Assembly (NCBI GenBank): GCA_963665095.1
Contig: OY762069.1
Coordinates: forward strand, 960,001 to 1,024,000
From: an uncultured Desulfobacter sp.
GTDB taxonomy: Bacteria; Desulfobacterota; Desulfobacteria; Desulfobacterales; Desulfobacteraceae
DNA length: 64,000 bases
Direction: 5' to 3'
Shown: piece after piece, positions 9,543 to 19,525 of the stretch
Position numbering within the stretch: the first letter of the stretch is position 1
Layout: each line of letters opens with the position of its first letter
Program-made: the position numbers and the translations under genes
Notes under the pieces: model-generated
Databases searched by the model: none
What the model saw: only the letters and a program-made list of their open reading frames with translations
What the model was told of the DNA's origin: nothing

Positions 9543-10982
9543 TTACATTATTGCTTTATTAAGTGCCAGATGGCACAGGATACTTAGAATATAACCCATG
9601 GCAATGACAGGGGTCCACTTCAAATGGACGCCAAAGGTATAGGTTCCCCTTGCCGTTCCCATAAGGGCCACGCCAGCAGCTGACCCGATTGCCAGCATGC
9701 TGCCGCCGGTACCTGCTGTCAGCGTGACCAGCAGCCATTGACCGTGAGACATGGATGGATCCATGGTGAGAACCGCGAACATGACTGGAATGTTATCCAC
9801 AATAGCTGACAGAACGCCCACAAAGCTGTTTGCCCAGGTAGCGCCTAAATCCAGGTACATAAATTTTGAAATCATGGCCAGATATCCGAACTGGGCAAGG
9901 CCCCCTACGCACAAAATGACCCCGTAGAAAAACAAAAGCGTATCCCATTCGGCTCTGGATATCTTTTTCATAATATCAAAAGGTATAAACTTGTCCGAAG
10001 GGTTACAGTTATGATCCCTGACACCGAGGATGGCATCATATTTGTGGCTGCGGTTTTCATGGCGCTTGATGTGATAGGAAAAAATCCCAAGATATCCCAG
10101 CCCCAGCATCATTCCGGCTGCCGGAGGCAGGTGAAGCGCGTTATGAAAGCTCACAGCTGTCACGATGGTTGCCAGAAACAGCCCCACAATGACCCAGGCA
10201 CCGTATTTCATGGAAACAGACTCTTCCAGCGCTTCAGGCACATCCCTGTCAACGAAGAGGCTCATGACCACCGCCGGAACCAGCCAGTTCACAAGGGAAG
10301 GAATAAAGATGGCAAAGAATTCCGAAAAGGCCACCTTGCCTTTCTGCCAGACCATAAGGGTTGTAATATCACCAAAAGGAGAAAATGCCCCGCCGGCATT
10401 GGCGGCCACCACAATATTGATACAGGCAAGGCTGATGAAGCGTTTGTTTTTTCCGCCCACGGCCATGGCCACAGCCCCCATGAGAAGCGCGGTTGTCAGA
10501 TTGTCTGCCACAGGCGAGATAACAAATGCCAGCAGGCCGGTAATCCAGAAAATTTTTCTGAGCGAGAAGCCGCGGGAGACCAGAAAGGCACGCAGCTTTT
10601 GAAATACATTTCGCTCCTCCATGGCATTGATATATGTCATGGCAGCCAGCAGAAATAAAAACAGTTCCGCATATTCGACCAGGCTGTGCTTGATGGCCTC
10701 ATGGGCCGTATGCGTATCACCAATGCCGTTGTAGGCAAGCGCCACCAGGAACCATATGATACCTGCCGCCAGCAACACCGGTTTGCTTTTTCTAAGATGG
10801 ATATTGTTCTCCAGCGGGACCAGTGTATAGGCCGCCACAAAAAAGAGTACGGCAAGACATCCGTAAACCGTGCCGGTAAGTTCCAGAACTTGTGCATCTG
10901 CCGTCTCGGCCAGGGCTGAACCCATGAACGGCAGTATCAGCAATCCAGTTGCCATCAACATACATTTAACTACATCTTTCAT
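9543..10982 (-). CDS. nhaD: Na+/H+ antiporter NhaD
   Basis: LRKSKPVLLAAG, SPVADNLTTAL, NAGGAFSPFGDITTLMVW, SAIVDNIP, IGSAAGV. Confidence 0.93.
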   Translation of the reverse strand: MKDVVKCMLMATGLLILPFMGSALAETADAQVLELTGTVYGCLAVLFFVAAYTLVPLENNIHLRKSKPVLLAAGIIWFLVALAYNGIGDTHTAHEAIKHSLVEYAELFLFLLAAMTYINAMEERNVFQKLRAFLVSRGFSLRKIFWITGLLAFVISPVADNLTTALLMGAVAMAVGGKNKRFISLACINIVVAANAGGAFSPFGDITTLMVWQKGKVAFSEFFAIFIPSLVNWLVPAVVMSLFVDRDVPEALEESVSMKYGAWVIVGLFLATIVTAVSFHNALHLPPAAGMMLGLGYLGIFSYHIKRHENRSHKYDAILGVRDHNCNPSDKFIPFDIMKKISRAEWDTLLFFYGVILCVGGLAQFGYLAMISKFMYLDLGATWANSFVGVLSAIVDNIPVMFAVLTMDPSMSHGQWLLVTLTAGTGGSMLAIGSAAGVALMGTARGTYTFGVHLKWTPVIAMGYILSILCHLALNKAIM

Positions 10983-11160
10983 CTATGTAACTCCCTTCTT
11001 TTTGTTGTCACCGCATTAGATCCGGATCAAGTAATCTAACAAAGCAGCATCATTTTCACCTCAACACCGTGGACCCTTTTTCCAGCGTCATGTCAGGGGT
11101 CCACCAACTGACAATTTTAGTTGCAAACAAAAAGGAACGATGATAGAGACCCTGAATATT

Positions 11161-11204
11161 TCGGTCAAATAGATAATATAGTCGATACCATTCGACAAAA
11201 GCGA
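11161..11204. promoter_or_regulatory. candidate LysR (NhaR) T-N11-A boxes
   Basis: TCGGTCAAATAGA (11161-11173) and TCGACAAAAGCGA (11192-11204) lie between divergent nhaD and nhaR. Confidence 0.5.
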
Positions 11205-11211
11205 ACGAACT

Positions 11212-12120
11212 ATGGAATGGCTTAATTACCATCATCTTTTTTATTTCTGGACTGTCATGAAAGAGGGCAGTATCACGGCGGCCAGCAGCAGGCTCAGTCT
11301 TGCCCAGTCCACTGTCAGCGCCCAGCTGACCAAATTAGAGGAGTCCTTTGGGGGCAAACTGTTCAACCGGCAGGGACGCAAACTTGAGGCCACGGATTTA
11401 GGGCAGCTGGTGTTTCAATATGCGGATAAGATATTTTCCCTGGGTCGTGAACTGATGGACCAGATTCACAGCCGGCCTGTGATCGGCCCGCTGTCATTAC
11501 GGGTGGGTATTGTGGATGTGGTGCCGAAACTTGTGGCCAGAAAACTGATTGAACCAGCCCTTAACATGGGGAAAAATATCCGCCTGGCCTGCCATGAAGG
11601 CAAAGAAACAGATCTTCTGGCAGAACTTGCCCTGCATAAACTGGATCTGGTCATTTCGGACGGACTGCCGAAACCCGGCTTAAGTGTAAAGACATATAAC
11701 CATTTTTTAGGGGAGTGCGGCATCACCTTTTTTGCGGAAAAGAAACTGGCCCAGGGCCTGTTAAAAACATTTCCCCAGTGTCTGGATAATGCGCCCATGG
11801 TCATGCCCCTGAGCATGTCCATGCTCAGGGGTGCGATAGACCAGTGGTTTGACGCCCTGTCCATTCGACCGGTCATAGTTGCAGAGTTTGAAGATAATGC
11901 GCTGTTAACTGTTTTCGGGCAGGCCGGTGACGGTGTTTTTATGGCCCCCACCATTATAGAATCAGAGGTCGCGACCCAATACCAGGTGGATATTATCGGC
12001 CGGTGCGACAATATCAAGGAAAGATTTTACGCCATCTCCGTGGAACGGATACTCAAGCATCCGGCAGTTGTCGCCATCACAGACACAGCCCGTCATTCGA
12101 TTTTCCATAGCAGCCTTTAA
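11212..12120 (+). CDS. nhaR: LysR-family transcriptional activator NhaR
   Basis: LNYHHLFYFW, GIVDVVPKLVA, FYAISVERILKHPAV; divergent from nhaD. Confidence 0.92.
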   Translation: MEWLNYHHLFYFWTVMKEGSITAASSRLSLAQSTVSAQLTKLEESFGGKLFNRQGRKLEATDLGQLVFQYADKIFSLGRELMDQIHSRPVIGPLSLRVGIVDVVPKLVARKLIEPALNMGKNIRLACHEGKETDLLAELALHKLDLVISDGLPKPGLSVKTYNHFLGECGITFFAEKKLAQGLLKTFPQCLDNAPMVMPLSMSMLRGAIDQWFDALSIRPVIVAEFEDNALLTVFGQAGDGVFMAPTIIESEVATQYQVDIIGRCDNIKERFYAISVERILKHPAVVAITDTARHSIFHSSL

Positions 12121-12454
12121 ATAACAGAGGGACGATTAATATTAGACTTATGTTAAATTGTCTGGAACTAATTGATAATTTGGTAAAAAAACTGTTAATA
12201 CAACGAACAATTACAACCGAACCTGAATATAGGGCAAAATATTTAGTTAGGGATCAGATAGAACGACAGCCGAAGTTACAAACATTTTTTTTGTTTGTGT
12301 TCAACTGGGGCTCCTTTACCGGATCCCGTTTTTTTTTGTCCCAAAGCCAGAAACAGCCAGATACTTGAATTACAACAAAATGATAAGATTCCTGTTTGAA
12401 GACAAGGAGAATGTTCAACTTAACGCTTCAAGTTGATTGGATAAATAGTGGCAC

Positions 12455-14794
12455 ATGCGGAATATGAAAATTTTAGCTTTCCTTGATGTGGATATGCTTA
12501 ATCTTGAAGAATTTCACCCGCGGTTTTTAACCAGGGGGACTATTACCTTCGGAGCAGTTCTGATTATGCTTGCCTGGGCTTTGTTTCTATTTCAGGTGGA
12601 TAAAAACAAAAATGAACTGCTGGCCGGTCTCGAACGTGAACAAAAAAATCTGGCCGGTGTGCTGGGTGAAAACCTGTTCCAGATCCTTGAACAGCGCCAC
12701 ACCATAGAGCTCTTTGCATCCAAGTGGTTTGATGGAACAAAAGAGCCTTCGAAAGATGTCACAGGGTTTCTTTATGGAGAAAGGACGTTTACCCGAATTG
12801 TTCTTTATGATCTGTCCGGCCAGGCCTTTTATGAATCTTCTCCCGGCGGCGGGAACCGGCCGGACAGGGTGAAAAAGCAGATTGAAACGATGCTGGCCAC
12901 AGGCCGGCCGGTCCTTATAATCAAGGAAAGTGATCCATCCAGCATATCCTGGCAGGTACCGTTCCTGTTCCCCATTAGAATTGGCGCCGGCATAAAGGGC
13001 GCTATGCGCCTGGAGTTGGATTTCGGATACTTTCTTAACCTCTTACAAAATATTGATATCGGTAGAACCGGAACGATAATAGTTCAATATGAGCCGGGTG
13101 AAGAGGTGGCCCGATTTGAAAGGGGAGGGCTTGTCGTTGGAGCATCGCCAATAAACAAAATGGTGGCCGGATCAATGACAGGGGATTCGGGTTTCGGCAT
13201 TTTCAGACATTCTGATTTTGGAAATTGTTATTTAACATACCTGCACGTTCATGATACCCCTTTTTCTGTGACCATCGGCATCGGTCAGGAGGAATTTCTT
13301 TCCGATTTTAATCAGTATAGAACACGGCTGCTTGGGGTTTTGATCATCCTGACCACCTTAGGCCTTTCAGGCATTGTTCTTTTGTTTAAGATAATCAAGC
13401 GAACCCAGGCGTATATGGAGGCCCTATCCCTTTCCAATCAGAAAAACGAGCAGTTAATACAACAGCTTGAAAAAGAATATAAGGCATCTGAAAAAGCAGC
13501 CTCCCTTGACCCTTTAACCGAATTGTACAACAGAAATTTGTTTGTCTCCCTGGCCGGGAAAAGTCTGCTTCAGGCAAAGCGCAACAAATTTTCTTATGCC
13601 GTGCTCTTTATCGATCTTGACCGGTTTAAAAAGATCAATGATACCCTCGGCCACCATATCGGGGATCTGCTGTTGAAAGAGGTGAGCAGACGTCTGAAAG
13701 AGTGTACCAGGGAATCAGATATTGTTGCCAGATTCGGAGGAGATGAATTTGTTGTAATGCTCACTGAGATGGCCAGGGAACAGGATATTTCCACGGTGGT
13801 AAAAAATATTACGGCCACCCTTTCCAAGCCTTGCCCGGATCTGGACGGCCATCAGATCATCACAAGTCCGAGTATCGGTATTGCTGTCTATCCCAGAGAT
13901 GGCGAGGACATTGAAGCGCTTTTGCTCAATGCGGATGCAGCAATGTATAAAGCCAAAAAATCGGGCCGGGGGCAGTACCGCTTTTTTGATCCCGGACTGA
14001 ATACTGTATCAGTTGAAAAGTTTGCCCTTGAACAGCGCATGCCTTCAGCCATCATCAGTGGAGAGTTTGTTCTTCACTATCAGCCTAAAGTGCGTATGCA
14101 TGATTACCGGGTGGTCGGGCTCGAAGCCCTCATACGTTGGCAGCATCCTGATCATGGCCTGATTTTTCCATTGGATTTTATTCAGATTGCGGAAGAGACG
14201 GGACTGATTACAGATCTTGGGGCCTGGGTCGTGGAGGCTGCCTGCCGGCAGTTGGCCGACTGGCGTGCTTCCGGGTTGGAGCTTATGCCCATTGCTGTGA
14301 ATGTGTCTCCCCTTGAACTCAAAGACGGGGAATATGCAGGCCGGTTTCAAAGAATTCTTGAACTGTATGATATCCCGCTTACATATATTGAAATTGAAGT
14401 GACTGAAAACGCATTTATTGACGACAGGGAAATAGTCATCACTAACCTCAAGGCGTTGTTTGACAGGGGCGTTAAAATTTTCCTGGATGATTTTGGTACG
14501 GGATTTTCAAGTCTGGATCATATCCGGCTGCTTCCAGTAAATTCGCTTAAAATCGACCGGAGCTTTATCCAGGATATCCGGCACAGTTACCATGACAATC
14601 CCATTGTATCTTCAACCATTATTCTGGCAAAAAAGCTGAACTTAAGCGTTGTGGCCGAAGGCGTTGAAACCAACGATCAGTTGGTCAGCCTCAGAGTGGC
14701 CGGATGCGAACAGGTTCAGGGGTACCTTTTCAGCCGCCCGGTTCCTGAAACAGAAATCCGCGAATTTCTCATTTCGCCTATAAGGAGGATATGA
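12455..14794 (+). CDS. membrane sensor diguanylate cyclase/phosphodiesterase (periplasmic Cache-like + GGDEF + EAL)
   Basis: Two TM segments flank a sensor region; RESD I-site, RFGGDEF, GLEALIRW, LDDFGTGFSSL, AEGVET. Start codon uncertain. Confidence 0.92.
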   Translation: MRNMKILAFLDVDMLNLEEFHPRFLTRGTITFGAVLIMLAWALFLFQVDKNKNELLAGLEREQKNLAGVLGENLFQILEQRHTIELFASKWFDGTKEPSKDVTGFLYGERTFTRIVLYDLSGQAFYESSPGGGNRPDRVKKQIETMLATGRPVLIIKESDPSSISWQVPFLFPIRIGAGIKGAMRLELDFGYFLNLLQNIDIGRTGTIIVQYEPGEEVARFERGGLVVGASPINKMVAGSMTGDSGFGIFRHSDFGNCYLTYLHVHDTPFSVTIGIGQEEFLSDFNQYRTRLLGVLIILTTLGLSGIVLLFKIIKRTQAYMEALSLSNQKNEQLIQQLEKEYKASEKAASLDPLTELYNRNLFVSLAGKSLLQAKRNKFSYAVLFIDLDRFKKINDTLGHHIGDLLLKEVSRRLKECTRESDIVARFGGDEFVVMLTEMAREQDISTVVKNITATLSKPCPDLDGHQIITSPSIGIAVYPRDGEDIEALLLNADAAMYKAKKSGRGQYRFFDPGLNTVSVEKFALEQRMPSAIISGEFVLHYQPKVRMHDYRVVGLEALIRWQHPDHGLIFPLDFIQIAEETGLITDLGAWVVEAACRQLADWRASGLELMPIAVNVSPLELKDGEYAGRFQRILELYDIPLTYIEIEVTENAFIDDREIVITNLKALFDRGVKIFLDDFGTGFSSLDHIRLLPVNSLKIDRSFIQDIRHSYHDNPIVSSTIILAKKLNLSVVAEGVETNDQLVSLRVAGCEQVQGYLFSRPVPETEIREFLISPIRRI

Positions 14795-14795
14795 A

Positions 14796-15692
14796 ATGAA
14801 TGTATACGTTACCAGACGCTTGATTGTATTCATCTGTCTTTTATTGTCTTTTTCTTCTGCATTTGCACAACCTTCTTCAGCGGATCCCTCTTCCGACGTT
14901 CTCTATTTTTCATTGATTCCTAAAAAAAACATTGACCAGCAGATTAGGGAATTAGCCCCTTTGATTGATCTTTTAGAAAAACAATTGCAAAAATCCATTA
15001 AGATTATCCGGCCCCAGTCCTATAATGCTGTCATGGAAGGGATACTCTCCAAAACAATTGATTTCGCCATCCTCGGCCCGGCCTCCTATGCCAAGGCAAG
15101 GGCAAGGGACAGCCGGATAGAGGCGTTTGCATCCTTTTCCAGAAAAAAGGGGTTCATTACCCCCGAAGGAAGCTATTATTATTCAGTGCTGTTTACTTTG
15201 AAAAAAAACAGATTTAAATCGATTGAGGATTTAAAGCAAAAAAAAATTGCCCTGACAGATCCGGAAAGTACGTCTGGATCTGTCATACCCAACATGGCAT
15301 TTTCAAAACATCTCGGTACCTCCCTGAAAGATTTTTTTGAAACCATTGTCTATACAGGGTCTCACGATCGTTCTATTCAATCAGTCCTGCGCGGGCATGT
15401 GGATGCGGCCTTTGTCTCTTCTTCCCGTATTGATGAGGCGGTTGAAAAAAAGGTTCTTGCTCCTGAGCAGGTAGAGATCCTGTGGCAATCCCAACCCATT
15501 CATCACGATCCTTTTGTATTCAGCAGTAAAGTGGACAATTCCTTGAAAAATCAGATAAAAAAAGTCATGTTATCGTCACAGCCCTGCCTTAACGCCATGT
15601 TGGAAAACATGCATATGGCGGGCATTGTGGCGGTTTCTGATGAAAACTATCAGGCAATTCATGAAATTGTTTCCATACAAAACCGCCAGTAA
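14796..15692 (+). CDS. phnD: PhnD-like phosphate/phosphonate substrate-binding protein
   Basis: Signal peptide; LGPASY, YYSVL, DPESTSGSVIP, YTGSHD. Confidence 0.85.
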   Translation: MNVYVTRRLIVFICLLLSFSSAFAQPSSADPSSDVLYFSLIPKKNIDQQIRELAPLIDLLEKQLQKSIKIIRPQSYNAVMEGILSKTIDFAILGPASYAKARARDSRIEAFASFSRKKGFITPEGSYYYSVLFTLKKNRFKSIEDLKQKKIALTDPESTSGSVIPNMAFSKHLGTSLKDFFETIVYTGSHDRSIQSVLRGHVDAAFVSSSRIDEAVEKKVLAPEQVEILWQSQPIHHDPFVFSSKVDNSLKNQIKKVMLSSQPCLNAMLENMHMAGIVAVSDENYQAIHEIVSIQNRQ

Positions 15693-15699
15693 CAATTCA

Positions 15700-15928
15700 G
15701 CTCCAGTTTGACAATCCAGTTTACAGGCAGGCCCTCAAGAGAATATTGTCGGCCTGCAAGGCCAAAGAGAAACCAGGCTTTATTTTTTCAGGAGAGCTGG
15801 ATAACTCAATTGAACTCCTGAATAAAGGTTTTAGCGGTGTGGCCTATAGCATTGATGCCAAGATGCTTGCTGATGCCTATAAAAACCACTTGAAACTGAT
15901 CCAGGATGGCTTGAACGAAGTCAAATAG
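15700..15928 (+). pseudogene. C-terminal remnant of an HpcH/HpaI-type aldolase
   Basis: ..QFDNP.., ILSACKAKEKPGFI..GFSGVAYSIDAKML resemble the family C-terminus; no N-terminal part is present. Confidence 0.45.
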
Positions 15929-16057
15929 ATATAGCGGACAGGATGTACCTTATGTCCGGTAGGATCCCAGTTCAAGCATCCGGGTGACAGACATGGACTC
16001 CGCCAGGACCTTTTTCGTCCAGTCGTAGTCCAGCGGGTCAACGATCAGTGCCCGGAA

Positions 16058-17907
16058 CCCTAATCCACCATCAAAAAAATAAAAAACCCCGTTGTGCTTG
16101 ATGGTTCAAGCAGATAGAGTATTTGTGCGAACAAAAAACTATCACCAACGGGGTGCAACAAACTATGCCACAGGGAATCTTACCATTCAAGTACGAACAG
16201 GAAAAAACTGACGGAGGCTCAACTGCATTGGGTGGGCTGCCGCTTTATCTTGATTTGGCAAAAGTGATTGGGCTGACCAAATCGATTCAAAAGCATTTAA
16301 CCGTAAAGAAGGGCTCCCAGGGCTGGACAGACTCCCAGTTTGTATTGTCTGGTATCCTGTTGAACCTTGCAGGCGGCAACTGCGTTGACGATCTGAATAT
16401 TTTAAATGCGGATCATGGATTTTGCAGGATACTACATTCAACTGAGAACTATAAGCTGCCACGCAAAGAGAGGCGTGAGATCGAACGAAGATGGCGCAAA
16501 GAGAAACAGCGATTTGTTCCTTCTGCTTCAGCCATGTTCAGATACCTGAAGGCCTTTCATGATGTCGCCCAAGAGCAGTTACGCTCAGAGTCCTCAATCA
16601 AAGCTTTCATTCCGGCCTCTAACCGCCACCTTAAAGGTTTCGCGCATATCAACAAAGATATGTGTGATGCCATGAATGGGGCACGTCCATGCATAACAGC
16701 CACTCTGGATCAGGATGCGACCCTGGTTGAGACAGGCAAACAGGAAGCAAGCTTCTGTTATAAAGGATTCAAGGCTTATCAGCCCTTCAATACATGGTGG
16801 GCTGAACAGAATATGATCCTGCACACTGAATTTCGGGATGGGAATGTTCCGGCAGGACACGAGCAATTAAGAGTTTTCAAAGAAGCCCTGGCCTGTTTAC
16901 CCCAGGGAGTCGAAAAAGTCCGGCTCAGATCAGATACCGCCGGCTACCAACATGACCTCTTAAAGTATTGTGATTCAGCAGACAACAATCGATTCGGGAG
17001 AATTGAATTTGCTGTTGGGTGTGATGTCACTCAATCATTCAAAATTGCCGTAGCCCAAGTTCCTTCCTCTGAATGGAAGCCGATCTATAAAGAAATGAAC
17101 GGTAAAAAAATGAAGACCGGCAGTGAATGGGCAGAAGTCTGCTTTGTCCCCTCAAGAATAGGGAAAAGCAAAAAAGGGCTTGAGTACCGTTATCTTGCCA
17201 AACGTCAGGTGCTTGAACCGGTTCTTCCAGGCATGGAAGACAAACAAATGCAATTGCCGTTTCCGACCATGGAGATGGATGAGCTCCGGTATAAAGTGTT
17301 TGGTATTGTCTCCAATATTCCGGAACAGGATATGTATGGAGAGGACCTTATCCACTGGCTGCACAAAAGATGCGGCAAAAGCGAGGAGGTTCACTCCATA
17401 ATGAAAAAGGATCTGGCCGGGGGGACATTGCCTTCGGGTAACTTTGGAGAAAATGCAGCCTGGTGGTGGATGATGATCCTGGCGCTTAATCTAAACCAGA
17501 TGTTGAAACGCTTGGCATTCGAGCCCCAAATGATGGGCAGAAGGATGAAAGCCATCCGGTTTTCAATTATCAATATCCCTGGTCGAATAGTAAAAAGGTC
17601 CAGAGAGTTGATCCTTAGGCTATCCAAAGGTCATCCTTGCTTTAACGTTTTAGTAGGAGCCCGAAAACGGATCGCCTTGCTGGAAGGGCTGTCGTCAGGA
17701 TAACGGTTCTCAGGAGGTAACTGGATAATTTGTTGGAATTTTGAAAGGAATGGAAGTACAAAGGGGGACGTGCGTCTAAAATTCTGTCCGAATTGTAGCG
17801 CGGACGCCGGTTATGCCAAAAGCCACGCACGCGGCTGGAAATTTTTTAAGAAAAAGCAAAAAATCCAGCCACGGAATGCCACGTAAAAAATTGGCGGTGG
17901 ATTTGGG
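16058..17907 (+). mobile_element. complete IS1380-family element, 1850 bp
   Basis: Terminal IRs CCCTAATCCACC / GGTGGATTTGGG; 5-bp target duplication CGGAA at 16053-16057 and 17908-17912. Confidence 0.93.
16165..17703 (+). CDS. IS1380-family transposase
   Basis: TALGGL, TLDQDAT, FRDGNVPA, RSDTAGY, RCGKSEEVHSIMK, LPSGNFGENAAW; intact ORF. Confidence 0.92.
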   Translation: MPQGILPFKYEQEKTDGGSTALGGLPLYLDLAKVIGLTKSIQKHLTVKKGSQGWTDSQFVLSGILLNLAGGNCVDDLNILNADHGFCRILHSTENYKLPRKERREIERRWRKEKQRFVPSASAMFRYLKAFHDVAQEQLRSESSIKAFIPASNRHLKGFAHINKDMCDAMNGARPCITATLDQDATLVETGKQEASFCYKGFKAYQPFNTWWAEQNMILHTEFRDGNVPAGHEQLRVFKEALACLPQGVEKVRLRSDTAGYQHDLLKYCDSADNNRFGRIEFAVGCDVTQSFKIAVAQVPSSEWKPIYKEMNGKKMKTGSEWAEVCFVPSRIGKSKKGLEYRYLAKRQVLEPVLPGMEDKQMQLPFPTMEMDELRYKVFGIVSNIPEQDMYGEDLIHWLHKRCGKSEEVHSIMKKDLAGGTLPSGNFGENAAWWWMMILALNLNQMLKRLAFEPQMMGRRMKAIRFSIINIPGRIVKRSRELILRLSKGHPCFNVLVGARKRIALLEGLSSG

Positions 17908-18494
17908 CGGAAATGAAACCGTTTTCCCTCAAGAAAAACACCGTGGGAGTCGTCTATATGGAGCTTGGAATTTACCCAGCTGGGTAGCTTGGATGGCTTT
18001 TTCTTCCCCCGCAGGTTCTGTATAAGCTTTTCATGCTTATCCTGGTTGATCACCAGATCCAGCTTAAGGCCGTAAAGACTGAACAGTTTTTTGATGTATT
18101 TGGACTTGCGGTGGGAGGTGGTGTAGATTCCTATCTGCCAGCCGAGCTTTCGTAACTGCTTGAAAAGATCTACGGTTCCGTAGCGCAAGGGTTCCATGCG
18201 GAACCACCTGTGATGCCATGGCAGGGTCACAGGCTCGGTTGGGATATCCGGTTGCCAGCAGATGAGGGTGTCATCCAGGTCAAAGGTTATCAACAAAGGT
18301 CAACTCCATTTTCTATAATCTTTTCATACCTGATACTAATTATGCCAATTGTGTTAAGAAAATATTAGGACGATATTAGAAACATGTTAATTTGACCGGG
18401 ATAAAATTCAATGATTCTGTTTGGAAAGCCAATCTGAATTGACTCGCGCCCAGGTTTCGCATACATTTATACAAATCAGTTACAGGAGGATGAA

Positions 18495-19478
18495 ATGAAA
18501 AAAACGAGCATATGCTTGCTGGTTACCCTCATGCTGCTGTTTTGGATCTCTTCGGCTATCGGGAAAACCCGAACCATAAAACTTGGAACAATCGCTAAAC
18601 CTGGATCACCCAACTACATAGCATCTGAGAAATTCAAGCGTCTGGTGGAGGAAAGGTCCGGCCAGACCTGCAAAGTTGAATTATTTCACTCAGGTTCCTT
18701 TGGCAATGAAGTCCAGATACTCAACTTGCTGCAGACAGGCACCATCCATATAGCAGTGGCCACAACCGGTTCATTTGATAATTTTGATCCCATGGTTCGG
18801 GTGATTAATTTCCCCTTTTTGTTTAAAGATCATGCCCAGGCATACGAAATCCTGGATGGCCCTATAGGGCAACAGATTCTGAAAAGCCTGGAGTCCTCCG
18901 GGTTCAAGGGACTCTGTTTTTCTGAAAACGGTTTCCGGCACCTGACCAATAACGTAAGGCCAGTCATTCATCCCGATGACCTGAAAGGCCTTAAAATAAG
19001 AGTGATGGTCTCTGAAATTCACAAAGCTGTCTGGAAAGGACTCGGAGCCATTCCTGTTCCCTTGCCATGGCCCATTGACAAGGAACTTAAGCAGGGGGTT
19101 GTTGATGGAGAGGAAAACCCCTTATCAATCATTGAAGTCTATAAATTCTACGAATCTCAGAAATACCTCTCCCTGACCAAGCATGTTTATTCACCCCATA
19201 TTGATGTGGCCTGCCTCTCCTGGTTCAACCAGTTGTCCGGAGAAGAGCAGAACATGATCACTACAGCCATGAAAGATGCTGCAACATACCAGCGTAAACT
19301 ATCCAGGGAGCAGAACGCCGAACGTCTCGTTTTTCTAAAAGAAAAGGGCATGCAGATCACCATGGCTGTGGACGTTGACGCTTTCAGGAAAAAGGCAGCG
19401 GCAAAAGAGGTCATTGAGCAGTATTCAGATCCAAAGGTTCGAGCGCTCTTGTTTGACATATTAAAAGCCGTCAAGTAA
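18495..19478 (+). CDS. dctP: TRAP transporter substrate-binding protein (DctP family)
   Basis: Signal peptide; ENGFRHLTNN, LKGLKIRVM, GVVDGEENP. Confidence 0.92.
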   Translation: MKKTSICLLVTLMLLFWISSAIGKTRTIKLGTIAKPGSPNYIASEKFKRLVEERSGQTCKVELFHSGSFGNEVQILNLLQTGTIHIAVATTGSFDNFDPMVRVINFPFLFKDHAQAYEILDGPIGQQILKSLESSGFKGLCFSENGFRHLTNNVRPVIHPDDLKGLKIRVMVSEIHKAVWKGLGAIPVPLPWPIDKELKQGVVDGEENPLSIIEVYKFYESQKYLSLTKHVYSPHIDVACLSWFNQLSGEEQNMITTAMKDAATYQRKLSREQNAERLVFLKEKGMQITMAVDVDAFRKKAAAKEVIEQYSDPKVRALLFDILKAVK

Positions 19479-19483
19479 TTTTT

Positions 19484-19519
19484 AAAGGTGTTCCTCCAAG
19501 GCAGAGGAACACCTTTTTT
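19484..19519 (+). terminator. rho-independent terminator, probably bidirectional
   Basis: 13-bp stem AAAGGTGTTCCTC / GAGGAACACCTTT plus T tract, between convergent dctP and flxA. Confidence 0.8.
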
Positions 19520-19525
19520 AATCTC

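Larger units (their letters stand above)
15950..18296 (-). pseudogene. HAD-superfamily hydrolase split by IS1380 insertion
   Basis: FDLDDTL, IYTTS, HIDD motifs. After removing the IS the frame continues ..KRFHFR|ALIVDPLDYDWTKKVL..YRT* to 15950. Confidence 0.85.

Noticed and set aside
12230..12300. c-di-GMP-I (GEMM) riboswitch upstream of the GGDEF-EAL gene (GGGCAAA..GACAGCCGAAGTTAC)
   Set aside because: Only end fragments resemble the motif; the GNRA-capped stem and central GCAAA element are missing. An Infernal search would settle it.
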